Of a stretch of 40,153 nucleotides of DNA, positions 8,519 through 16,913 are shown one piece after another. Under the pieces are notes generated by a model. That model ran no database searches, was not told the DNA's origin, and worked only from the letters and a program-made list of their open reading frames with translations. The first letter of the stretch is position 1, and every line of letters starts with the position of its first letter. The DNA comes from a virus (lineage: Duplodnaviria > Heunggongvirae > Uroviricota > Caudoviricetes), in the IMG/VR virus record IMGVR_UViG_3300005260_000047. One strand, written 5' to 3'. Both the position numbers and the translations under genes were made by a program.

Positions 8519-8797
8519 TCAGGCTTTGTTTCTCGCATGGCCGCCAACGCGATGCTTGACGCGGCGGTCGCCCATCAGATCGCGCAAATCGCGAATGCTC
8601 AGCGCCGAAACTTCATGCATGCGGATCAGCATTGATGCGCCGACCGGCAGCCTGCCGTGACGGATTTTGCTAATCACCGGCGGAGCAACTTCCAGCGCGC
8701 GCGACAGGGCGGCGTCGTTTTTCAAGCGCAGCCTGTTCAGCAGGGAATCCAGCAGGTTGTTCGGATCATATTGGACTTCTTGAGTAGCGTTATTCAT
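8519..8797 (-). CDS. Small HTH/XRE-like DNA-binding protein
   Basis: LKNDAALSRALEVAPPVISKIRHGRLPVGASMLIRMHE helix-turn-helix. Confidence 0.75.
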   Translation of the reverse strand: MNNATQEVQYDPNNLLDSLLNRLRLKNDAALSRALEVAPPVISKIRHGRLPVGASMLIRMHEVSALSIRDLRDLMGDRRVKHRVGGHARNKA

Positions 8798-8842
8798 TTT
8801 TAACCCCCATAGTTAGTAAAGATAAAACAACAAAAACTGTAA

Positions 8843-9040
8843 TCAGGTCGCCATCGCGTAGATTTCTTCGTCAGCCCATTCTTCTGGCGTCATATCTTCG
8901 AATGAATTTTCCTCTTCGCATACATCGTAAGAGGCGCATGCCAGCATTGTTGAAAATTTCTCTTCAAAGCCGAGCCTTACCATGTGCGCGACGAACTGCC
9001 CAATCCACTGTTCTTTTGTAAGCTGTTCTTTAGTCATCAT
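8843..9040 (-). CDS. Hypothetical acidic protein, 65 aa
   Basis: Overlaps helicase stop; co-oriented. Confidence 0.55.
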   Translation of the reverse strand: MMTKEQLTKEQWIGQFVAHMVRLGFEEKFSTMLACASYDVCEEENSFEDMTPEEWADEEIYAMAT

Positions 9041-10527
9041 TCGATCCTCACAATGCTTTCAATGAACTTCATCTTGGCCAGGTTTTGCTTGATGAATACG
9101 GTAAAGCCGCCCTCCTGATTGCGCGATGCGGCGAAATACAGCCGCGCTTCGCCGTTGGCGCGCTCTTCATCGGTGATATTGATCGAAATCATCAAGTCCA
9201 CCGTCCGCACCTTGTTGAAGTCGTCAGCGACATGCTCTGCCTTCATCACGGTCGATTTGACGCCTTCGCGATTACCCTGCGTCGCGGTCAACACCGCCAC
9301 GTTCTCGCGGGAAGCAATAGCGCGCAGTCCAAGATAAATATTCTTGCTGTTCTCGATAGAGTCATTCGTGTGGTGATCCGGCGCCATGATGTCGGCATAG
9401 TCCACGATGACCAGATCGAACTTGATCGCCGGCCGCACCGTGCCATCTGCGCGCATCATCGGTGACTTATAGCGCTCGATGACCGCCTGGAGCATGGCGG
9501 GCGTCAGGGTGCCGGACGGGTATTCATGGATCTTCAATTGACCTGAGCGCGGCGCCACCGCCTTGATCTTGCCCTCCACATCGTTGATCCGGTCAACGAT
9601 GGTCTTGATTTCAGTGTCCGAGATCGACGCATCGAAGCGGTCTGCCAGGATGGAGGTAGACACTTCGCAGCTTGCATACAGCACGTTAAAGCCGGCTAAC
9701 GACGCAGCTCTGGCAAATCCAATCAGTGCGGTCGTCTTACCCGCTTTCGGCCCGCCCAAGATCGCATACAGCTCTTTCCTACCCCAACCCTTGTGATACA
9801 GGATGTCATCGAGCTTTGGATAGCCGGTCGTGATGCCCTTTAACGTGCCGATGCCGAGCTTCTTGTCCTTGCGCTGCTGGCTGCGCTCTTCGACGCGCTC
9901 CCAATAGTCGTATTCCTCGCCGCCGTCATTCATGCCGACGTTGACGGCCATCTTGACCGCTTCAAAAATCTTGTCGAACTGCTTGCGCTCCAACCAATCC
10001 ACCGAATTCAAGATGGTTTGCTGCATGGTCTGGTGGCGCGCAAAGGTCGCAACCTTTTCCGCAAAGCTGTCGCCATTGGACAGATCGGTATGACCGCCGT
10101 AGATCTCCCTTAAAGCGTCTTTCACCAGCGGCATCATGTCGTCGCGGATCACCTTGGACGCCTTCGCGTCCTTGATCAGTGATTTCATCGTGGCGGTGTT
10201 TGGCACCGAACGGTATTTGTCGTAAAAATTCAGCGACAGATTAACCAGCGCCGCCTCGCCGATGTTCTCGAAATATTCCGGCTTGATCAGATGAGAAACC
10301 TTGCGCAGAAATTCCAAGTCGCGCACACAATGCGCTGCAATGTGCGTTTGAAACTCCGCATCGAACTCGAATTGTTCGCCGCCAAGCGTCACTTCCGGCG
10401 AAGCCGCGGTCGTCGCGTGAACGGTTGCGGCGACGGCCGGCAAGCCAGGCACGATGGTCGCTCCCATAAATGACGCGCCAACCGTTTCAGTCAGCGACTT
10501 CTCGATGGCTTCGACTGCGTCGGTCAT
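9037..10527 (-). CDS. dnaB: DnaB-like replicative helicase
   Basis: Walker A GGPKAGKTT, LVIVDYADIM, TATQGNR, SRN arginine finger. Confidence 0.9.
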   Translation of the reverse strand: MTDAVEAIEKSLTETVGASFMGATIVPGLPAVAATVHATTAASPEVTLGGEQFEFDAEFQTHIAAHCVRDLEFLRKVSHLIKPEYFENIGEAALVNLSLNFYDKYRSVPNTATMKSLIKDAKASKVIRDDMMPLVKDALREIYGGHTDLSNGDSFAEKVATFARHQTMQQTILNSVDWLERKQFDKIFEAVKMAVNVGMNDGGEEYDYWERVEERSQQRKDKKLGIGTLKGITTGYPKLDDILYHKGWGRKELYAILGGPKAGKTTALIGFARAASLAGFNVLYASCEVSTSILADRFDASISDTEIKTIVDRINDVEGKIKAVAPRSGQLKIHEYPSGTLTPAMLQAVIERYKSPMMRADGTVRPAIKFDLVIVDYADIMAPDHHTNDSIENSKNIYLGLRAIASRENVAVLTATQGNREGVKSTVMKAEHVADDFNKVRTVDLMISINITDEERANGEARLYFAASRNQEGGFTVFIKQNLAKMKFIESIVRIE

Positions 10528-10976
10528 ACCGCGTGTCCTTCTTCAGTCTTGGAATCCGGCACTTCCGGACGCGGGCTAATGGCCGAGAATTCGGAAATGT
10601 CATGCTTGAAAATGACGCGGTCGCGGCGCAACAGGTCGCCTTCTGGGCGTGCTGGATTTGGCACGAAGGTGCGAACGCTGACCGTGAATTTGTCGGAATG
10701 AATGACGGCGCCGGTGATAATCGTGCCATCGCACTTCTCGACCTCGATTTGCGCACCAGATGTCTCCAACGCTTTCAGGAAGGCTTCATGTCCCTTCAAA
10801 GGGCCGGTAACGCCCTTTCTCGGCGTTTGCGGCCTGGTGCGGCTGACATGCAGGGTGCGGCGCGGCGATGAAAGGTTTTCGCCGCCCTCTTGCGAGGCCA
10901 GTCGGCGCGCCTCTTCAATCTGCTGTTCGCGGACTTCGCAATCCGGCAGTTGCGCGACTGTATTGCTTTTAAACAT
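10524..10976 (-). CDS. Hfq/Sm-fold protein with N-terminal extension (start at ATG 10976)
   Basis: HEAFLKAL...DGTIITGAVIHSDKFTVSV...VIFKHDISEF parallels Hfq QDPFLNAL...NGIKLQGQIESFDQFVILL...MVYKHAIST; SD AAGGAG. Confidence 0.7.
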   Translation of the reverse strand: MFKSNTVAQLPDCEVREQQIEEARRLASQEGGENLSSPRRTLHVSRTRPQTPRKGVTGPLKGHEAFLKALETSGAQIEVEKCDGTIITGAVIHSDKFTVSVRTFVPNPARPEGDLLRRDRVIFKHDISEFSAISPRPEVPDSKTEEGHAV

Positions 10977-11026
10977 TTGGAAATCTCCTTGATGAAACGG
11001 ATGCACGGTTTGCATCGAACACAACG

Positions 11027-11048
11027 ATTATAGCTCAGCGATGACTTA
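11027..11048 (-). promoter_or_regulatory. Operator copy (11031-11048) abutting -10 TATAAT, upstream of the Hfq-like/helicase genes
   Basis: + strand tagctca-gcga-tgactta. Confidence 0.7.
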
Positions 11049-11051
11049 CTT

Positions 11052-11744
11052 TTACAGGCTGATCTCGATCGCACTCTCAATTGCCGACAGCGGGCAGCGG
11101 GCCAATGCCGCCTCGATGCGCAGCGCACCATATACATAAAGCGCAGATTGCAGCGCAAATTTTGGATGCGCGCGCTGCATGATTGCCGCCAACAAGTAGT
11201 CTTCGTAGGCGAGCTGGTCTGCCGCGCCGACGAACCGCTCAGCCGTATAGCGCGGATCCACCGCAAACTGAATCTTGGCGCGGCACTCCATCGCCCATGC
11301 GTTTGCCACATCAACGATCAGCTCGGCGTTCGACGCAATGTGCGCGGGGCGCGGCGGTTGACGCCAGCCATGCGCAATGCACCAATCCATCGCTTTGCGC
11401 ATGAAAAAGTCGTAACGAATACCCAACTCGTCAATTCTTTGCCGCAGCTTCCAGAACGATTGCTTTTCGCGGCTGTTCATGAAGTCCTTACCTTTGAAGC
11501 CCACCATGAACCGCTTGCCACGATCGAAGCACTGCCCCACGAAGTCGCCGTAGCTGCGGTTGTAATAATGCACACACAGGTAAGTCGCCATTGCCGGATG
11601 CAGCGCCCGATAGTCGAACCATTTAGACGCATACAGTTTGGTCTCAACTGCCAGGATCCGGCGATCGATATTTGCGATCGCCAGCACTTCACACTCCGCG
11701 AAGGTTAATGTCTGCCCGAAGAAGGCGCCGTAGCATTCAATCAT
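11052..11744 (-). CDS. Conserved phage protein upstream of helicase (start at ATG 11744), function unknown
   Basis: SD GAGAGGA; YASKWFDY, FWKLRQ..D.LGI.YDFF motifs. Confidence 0.7.
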   Translation of the reverse strand: MIECYGAFFGQTLTFAECEVLAIANIDRRILAVETKLYASKWFDYRALHPAMATYLCVHYYNRSYGDFVGQCFDRGKRFMVGFKGKDFMNSREKQSFWKLRQRIDELGIRYDFFMRKAMDWCIAHGWRQPPRPAHIASNAELIVDVANAWAMECRAKIQFAVDPRYTAERFVGAADQLAYEDYLLAAIMQRAHPKFALQSALYVYGALRIEAALARCPLSAIESAIEISL

Positions 11745-11860
11745 CTTGGGTGTTCCTCTCGTTCCCTGAAATACTTCATCACTCAATACATTTGAATGAT
11801 AGTTATGTTTTATAGAAGGGAGCTGGCGGCCCCAAGTCCGCCCCAAGCCCCCAAGTTACA

Positions 11861-12631
11861 TCATCGTTGCAGCATGGGGTTGATGCGATCCGGTGCCGGC
11901 ACCTCGTAAGCTTCGATCACTTCCTGCACCAAACCACTGCGCACAACGTCGCTCTTATTGAACATTACAACCTTGACCGCGGAGATATGCAGGAGTCGGT
12001 TCGCGGCATCAACAAAGCCTGAAGGCTCGCGGATATCCACCTGAGTCTCGTCACCGTTAATGACGACATTCGATCCTTCACCGATACGTGTCAGAAACAG
12101 CTTCATCTTGACTGCGGTGGCGTTCTGCGCTTCATCCAGGATCACGAAGGCATGCTTGAAAGTCTTGCCGCGCATGTAGGCAAAAGGCTCGCACTTGATG
12201 CGACCATCCTTGATCAAGAGTTCGACAAAGGACTTGCCAAGCCGCTCCTCCAGCGCATCGCGGAATGGGTCGAAATATGGATCGAACTTCTCCTCTTTCT
12301 CGCCAGGCAGGAAGCCCAATTCCTCGCCGCCCGCTTCGATAGCCGGTCGCGTCAGAATAATGCGCTCGACACGACGCTCCATCAGGGCGTCCGCCGCCAT
12401 ACAGGCGGCAACGTAAGACTTACCTGTTCCGGCCGGCCCCATGCCAAACACGATGCCGCCAGGCTGACGCATGGCCGAGGCATACTTGCGCTGCTTGTCG
12501 TTCTTCGCTTCGAAAGGCTTTGGCTTGACGAGGCGGGATGGCGGGAGAACTTCAGTAAATGCTTGTTCGGGGTGTTGACCACTGCGCTTGGCATCGCGCC
12601 GCGCATTGCGATCGGACTTCTTGTGCCTCAT
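11861..12631 (-). CDS. phoH: PhoH-family ATPase
   Basis: GPAGTGKSY, TRPAIEAGGEELGFLPG, YMRGKTF, ILDEAQN, GDETQVD, VRSGLV. Confidence 0.95.
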   Translation of the reverse strand: MRHKKSDRNARRDAKRSGQHPEQAFTEVLPPSRLVKPKPFEAKNDKQRKYASAMRQPGGIVFGMGPAGTGKSYVAACMAADALMERRVERIILTRPAIEAGGEELGFLPGEKEEKFDPYFDPFRDALEERLGKSFVELLIKDGRIKCEPFAYMRGKTFKHAFVILDEAQNATAVKMKLFLTRIGEGSNVVINGDETQVDIREPSGFVDAANRLLHISAVKVVMFNKSDVVRSGLVQEVIEAYEVPAPDRINPMLQR

Positions 12632-12666
12632 GAAATCCCGCTTTCAAAATGGTTGATCGAGCCTCT

Positions 12667-12688
12667 AATATAACTCAGCAATGACTTA
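12667..12688 (-). promoter_or_regulatory. Operator copy (12671-12688) abutting -10 TATATT, upstream of phoH
   Basis: + strand taactca-gcaa-tgactta. Confidence 0.7.
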
Positions 12689-12716
12689 TCGAACAATAAG
12701 AAAGCGGGGATTTTTT

Positions 12717-14045
12717 CTAACGTGTGATCAACTTCGCAATCGCAGGATCGACTTCATGCGGGGCGCGCGCATAGAACTTGCCGCCCGCCATTGCGAAGTC
12801 GGCAACCGTCACATAGTCATGCACCGTGGCGCGCGTCTGGGTATCGATATGCACGATGTCAAAGCCCATGTGCCAGTTCTCCCCTTCACAGTAGGAAGCG
12901 CTGCGCTTGTGGCCGCAGCCGAGCTGGTGCCATTCGAAGGCGCCGAACTGCGGGTTGAATTCCGGCCATACGATATGCCGGTGATGGTGTCCGTTTACGC
13001 CTGGCATCTTCCAGTTGCGCGCATGCGGGAAATGGTGGCAAACAAAGGTGTCGAAATACACCTTGTAGTTTTGCGCCAGCTCGCGCTCGAAATCGCGCTT
13101 GGTGAAAGCCGCCAGGTCTGCCTTGGCGATGTAATTGATTTCAAAGGCTTCCAGGCCAAGCAGCTTGGAGACTGTCCAGCCGTGCAGATCCGCCAGCACG
13201 GCGCGCATCGCTGGCGACTGGTCTGCCATATGGCGCAGCATACGCGCTTCATGGTTGCCTTCGATGAAATCGATCTGCGCTGCCGGCGCGGCTTCGCGGG
13301 TCGGCTTCAAAATCTTTTCATGGGCGAACTTGATGCGGCCAACCACATCCCATTCGCGCGGATCGACGCCGTATTTGCCGAATTCAGGCAAGTCGAAAAT
13401 ATCGCCATTGAACACGATGATGTCCGGCTGCACCCGCGCCACTGCGTCAAGCCAGACGCGCAGCCAGAACGGATCGATCTCGATGTCGTGCAAGTCCGAG
13501 CAAACCATCATGGTTTTGAAGCGGCCGTCGCCTCCCTTGACGTATTTGGCTGACCAGTCCAGCCGGTCAATGGTCATGTGCCGGTAGTGGTCAACCGAAG
13601 CGTGCTTGGCGACTGCGCGCTCTAACGCATGCTGCTGGCGCGACAGTTTCAATCCCGCCTGGCGCTTGAATTCTTCGAACGTGCCGAAGTATCTATTCCA
13701 GGTCGATTCGGAAATCTGGCTGTGATTGCGAAAGTAGTTTCGCGTAACCACCATTTCCGGATCCTTTTCCGCTACGCGGCGCAGCTCGGCGATGCAGTCT
13801 TGCGCATCCCAATGCTCCATGAACTTGCCGGAATCTTCTGACAGTGGCGACTCTGATGTGACGCTGCGCACCGCAATGCTTTGGCCGTTCGGGTTGCCTT
13901 TGTTAAGGCCGCGCAGAAAGCCCGCTTTGTTGCGGGCCGTCTTGATCGAAATGCTGAATTCTTCCGCTACATCAGCGACCGTTGGAAATTTCTCCAGGTC
14001 GTTCCAGACCTGAATGAATTGATTGATATCGACTTCTTTTGCCAT
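12717..14045 (-). CDS. Calcineurin-like metallophosphoesterase fused to N-terminal HTH-like and HNH-associated-repeat-like segments
   Basis: SDLH, GDIFD, GNHE, GHHH motifs; N-terminal TVADVAEEFSIS and IAELRRVA...STWNRYFGTFEEFKRQAGL. Confidence 0.8.
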   Translation of the reverse strand: MAKEVDINQFIQVWNDLEKFPTVADVAEEFSISIKTARNKAGFLRGLNKGNPNGQSIAVRSVTSESPLSEDSGKFMEHWDAQDCIAELRRVAEKDPEMVVTRNYFRNHSQISESTWNRYFGTFEEFKRQAGLKLSRQQHALERAVAKHASVDHYRHMTIDRLDWSAKYVKGGDGRFKTMMVCSDLHDIEIDPFWLRVWLDAVARVQPDIIVFNGDIFDLPEFGKYGVDPREWDVVGRIKFAHEKILKPTREAAPAAQIDFIEGNHEARMLRHMADQSPAMRAVLADLHGWTVSKLLGLEAFEINYIAKADLAAFTKRDFERELAQNYKVYFDTFVCHHFPHARNWKMPGVNGHHHRHIVWPEFNPQFGAFEWHQLGCGHKRSASYCEGENWHMGFDIVHIDTQTRATVHDYVTVADFAMAGGKFYARAPHEVDPAIAKLITR

Positions 14046-14076
14046 GATGCGCCGAGTAGAGGGTTGATCGGAAGGG

Positions 14077-14397
14077 TTACTTGGCCTGCTGCTGAAGCCG
14101 GCTCATGACATAATCGACCAGCGCGTCGTGGCGGGCGGCCAGTTCGCGGTAAAGCCGAATAATTGACAGATTGTCTTGAACCATGTCGGCCAGCCCGATG
14201 CCGGATGGAGCATCCGGCGGCAGCGTGTCATCGACCTTCAGCAGCGGCAGCGGCTTGGACTTGGTCATTGCCGCAGCCGGTGGATTCAGCAGGTCGTCCT
14301 TGGCGGGCAGCGTTGAGCAAGCGCACAGTGCAAACATCAAGCTGCTCAGGAGCGCGGCTTGCAGCGGCCGGCGCATGCTCTGCGGGAGCTTCTTCAT
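14077..14397 (-). CDS. o-spanin (Rz1-like lipoprotein)
   Basis: SD AGGAG; signal peptide with lipobox LCAC; Pro-rich; overlaps the i-spanin 3' end by 170 nt. Confidence 0.75.
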   Translation of the reverse strand: MKKLPQSMRRPLQAALLSSLMFALCACSTLPAKDDLLNPPAAAMTKSKPLPLLKVDDTLPPDAPSGIGLADMVQDNLSIIRLYRELAARHDALVDYVMSRLQQQAK

Positions 14398-14674
14398 TGG
14401 TAGTCTCCTGTTGGGGTTGTGGTCTGACGATCGGCCGGCGGGAAATGATCTTTTCAACTTGTTGGATGTTGTCATCCGACTCCGAGACAGCGCGCTCGAT
14501 CTCCTGCGCCTTTTCGACGGAATCGATGATCTTGTCGGCGGTCTTGGTGATGACCTGTTGCGCCGCCTTCGCCTGATCAGCGAGATCGAAGCGCCCTTTC
14601 GTGTAAAAACCGGCGCCAAAGCTCAATGCCAGGCACAAGACGGCGGCGATAATTTCAATAGCAAGCCGATTCAT
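14228..14674 (-). CDS. i-spanin (Rz-like)
   Basis: SD AAGGAGG; N-terminal TM helix, coiled coil, C-terminal Cys (LDVCTVRLLNAAR). Confidence 0.75.
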   Translation of the reverse strand: MNRLAIEIIAAVLCLALSFGAGFYTKGRFDLADQAKAAQQVITKTADKIIDSVEKAQEIERAVSESDDNIQQVEKIISRRPIVRPQPQQETTNEEAPAEHAPAAASRAPEQLDVCTVRLLNAARQGRPAESTGCGNDQVQAAAAAEGR

Positions 14675-14931
14675 TCCGTCACCTCCTTGATTGCGTCCTG
14701 CCCCGTCTTTGGATCTTTCAATGCCGACTTTTCGCCAAACCAGAAGCCGAGGATCATGGCGTTCATGGGGCCGACGGCCGTCATATAGTCCACAACCTTG
14801 AGCTTTCCACTCAATACCGCCCAGGCCAGCAGGAGGTTGTAGATTGTGGCGATGAAAAAAGTCAGGTATGGCCGCACCATTTTGTTCAGCGCCAGGCAGA
14901 GTTGGCAGGCGCCATTGAAAAAGTCTTTCAT
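14671..14931 (-). CDS. Holin (Holin_3TMs-like)
   Basis: 86 aa, two clear hydrophobic helices, ILGFWFG motif, directly after endolysin. Confidence 0.7.
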   Translation of the reverse strand: MKDFFNGACQLCLALNKMVRPYLTFFIATIYNLLLAWAVLSGKLKVVDYMTAVGPMNAMILGFWFGEKSALKDPKTGQDAIKEVTE

Positions 14932-15563
14932 GCAATTGCCTCTTGTGCTTCTTTCAGGTGGGCTTTGCGATCCTCGTAGCCGATCGCATCGCCTTCTCTT
15001 GCCGTTTTGCGCCCGATGTTGATCACATCGCAAACGCCATCAAAATCATTCTTGTCCGCCAGCTCATTGCAGCCGTGCGTCTGCCAGAACCAGGCTGCCG
15101 ATCGCGCCGCGCCAATCGGCGTGCGCAGCCAGTCACCGACTTGTTCGACCGGAATGCTGAAATAGTCGGCGCACTTTTTCTGGTTGTCGTATCCGGTCAA
15201 CTGAATCAGGCCGGCGCCGCGGTGCAGCCAACCCATGCCCGATTCCTCATTGCCGTTACCCATGCGGTTCGCATAGGCATGGTTGGCGATCTTCTGAGGC
15301 TTGCGCGCATATGAAGTGGCGATTGCAAGGGTGGGAAAGTATTTCGGGAAGGTCTTGACCAGACCGATAGCGGAATAGTTGAGGTTTTCTTCCACGCATG
15401 CCAGATCATTCGATTCGTGCGCGATATTGGCAAGGAAGAATTCGATGCGGCGCTCCGACAGGATGCCGAATTCGAACATCGCGTTATTCAGCGGCTCCAG
15501 GTAGGTAGCCGCGCGCTGGCGGGCATTTGGCATGGCCCGCTTGAGCTGCGCTATGGTAATCAT
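14928..15563 (-). CDS. Endolysin, glycoside hydrolase family 19 (chitinase-like)
   Basis: FLANIAHES, ENLNYS, YANRMGNG, RGAGLIQLTG, SAAWFW; ATGA coupling to upstream gene. Confidence 0.9.
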   Translation of the reverse strand: MITIAQLKRAMPNARQRAATYLEPLNNAMFEFGILSERRIEFFLANIAHESNDLACVEENLNYSAIGLVKTFPKYFPTLAIATSYARKPQKIANHAYANRMGNGNEESGMGWLHRGAGLIQLTGYDNQKKCADYFSIPVEQVGDWLRTPIGAARSAAWFWQTHGCNELADKNDFDGVCDVINIGRKTAREGDAIGYEDRKAHLKEAQEAIA

Positions 15564-15922
15564 TTCGCCAGTTGGGGAACGAGAATATGAAACAGTTGCG
15601 AGCCGAGATAAATCACCCCGCCACCGAACGCTCCCCACATCCACTTCATCATCTTGGACACGCCGTCGATCTGGCCATTGAACTTCACTTGATCCAGCTC
15701 GATGCGCGACACCTTGGTTTCACTCTTTTCCATGCGATCGACAATCCGCTCGATCGTCTGGTTGGTGGCCAGGTTGCGCTCTTCCAGCACCGCCAGCTTA
15801 CCGATGGCTTTGGCCATGTCAGTCACGGCGGCGCGCATTTCGCGCATGTCACGCTTCAATTCCTCCATTTGCTGCTCGAAGACGTTTTGGCTCGGCATTT
15901 CAAATCCTATCGTTGAAGTCAT
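15560..15922 (-). CDS. Coiled-coil protein with C-terminal TM helix (lysis-cassette membrane protein; holin or antiholin candidate)
   Basis: SD GAAGGA; heptad pattern; MWGAFGGGVIYLGSQLFHIL TM segment. Confidence 0.6.
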   Translation of the reverse strand: MTSTIGFEMPSQNVFEQQMEELKRDMREMRAAVTDMAKAIGKLAVLEERNLATNQTIERIVDRMEKSETKVSRIELDQVKFNGQIDGVSKMMKWMWGAFGGGVIYLGSQLFHILVPQLAK

Positions 15923-15963
15923 GTCGATCCTTCGTCTGTCGCTCGCAAAAGGAATTGCCAGGA

Positions 15964-16007
15964 AGTGTAGCAGGGGAGTCGTCTAAAATCAAGTCATCGG
16001 TGACTTA
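15964..16007 (-). promoter_or_regulatory. Operator copy (15990-16007) overlapping -35 of TTGATT-17-TACACT (TGn extended), lysis cassette
   Basis: + strand caagtca-tcgg-tgactta. Confidence 0.75.
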
Positions 16008-16008
16008 T

Positions 16009-16434
16009 TTAATTACTGCGAAAACCATACAGCATGCCAGGCGTGACGCGGTAACAGCCGGCCGGCACCACCCCACCGCCCTCTTTCACGCATTTGGCGC
16101 CCAATTCCGAGCAAAACCATTTGTCGTCGCTCTCCCATTCCCGCTGGCCCAATTCCACCCCGATCAAGCCAGTTCAGTCGTATGCCTTGTCAAGTTGCGA
16201 AACCGCATAGGCAATCGCCCTCTCTTTATCACCAGAGAAGGTGCAAAACTCATAGTGGGTGGACTCATTCAACCGTGTCGGCGCCGGATAGCGCGTAACA
16301 CCACTGCTCGCCAAGGCGCCGATCAGCGTTCCGTCATCCAGCGCGATATCGACATGACTCCACTGCGAGCGGGTTGCCAGCCGAATGATGCGGCTGCCAA
16401 TCATGTCATTGGTCGAAAACAAGAGCGTAATCAT
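16009..16434 (-). pseudogene. Permuted papain-like amidase (YiiX/YebB-type NlpC/P60) with an in-frame TGA at codon 87
   Basis: WSHVDI (His) upstream, AYD-TGA-TGLIG, then same-frame WFCSEL (Cys) to TAA at 16009-16011. Confidence 0.8.
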
Positions 16435-16886
16435 AATGCCGCCTTCTCTTGCCAGGACTGGCCCCAGACTTGCTCGACATAATCCATGACCGCAGCGGCC
16501 AGCGTCTTGTGGTCGTCAAATGTCAACTGGTTGATCGAGCCATCCATCGCGCGCACTGGCTTTGTAACTGTCGGATCGAGGATGCCGGCCGACCATGCCG
16601 CCACGCGGCTGGTAAGCTGGCCTTGAAAAACTTCATCCGTGTACCAATTCTTGCCATTCCATGTCACGCCGGTCGTCAGCGCCGTATCCCGCTTGCTTTC
16701 AATGTCCTCGACAGCGGCGCGTCTGTCTTCGATTTGCTGCAAGCGCGTGATTTCGGCATTTACCTCGTCCGCTGTCGGGCTTAGCGTAGCGTCTTCATGC
16801 CAGTCAAAGCTGTTGTCGTGCGCCACCCAGGCGTCATCCGGCCGCAACGACATGAGCGCATCATAGATTCCAATTACTTTTCTCAT
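16431..16886 (-). CDS. Tail-fibre-associated protein (DUF4376-like C-terminal domain)
   Basis: IESKRDTALTTGVTWNGKNW.TD motif; position in the fibre module. Confidence 0.6.
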   Translation of the reverse strand: MRKVIGIYDALMSLRPDDAWVAHDNSFDWHEDATLSPTADEVNAEITRLQQIEDRRAAVEDIESKRDTALTTGVTWNGKNWYTDEVFQGQLTSRVAAWSAGILDPTVTKPVRAMDGSINQLTFDDHKTLAAAVMDYVEQVWGQSWQEKAAL

Positions 16887-16895
16887 AGCTTTACT

Positions 16896-16913
16896 TTCGT
16901 CACTTGTGACTTA
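16896..16913 (-). promoter_or_regulatory. Operator copy
   Basis: + strand ttcgtca-cttg-tgactta; includes the hydroxylase stop codon. Confidence 0.6.

Noticed and set aside
16174-16176. Genome-wide TGA-to-Trp recoding
   Set aside because: TGA is used as a normal stop in many genes here (ATGA overlaps) and TGG encodes Trp throughout; only one in-frame TGA was found
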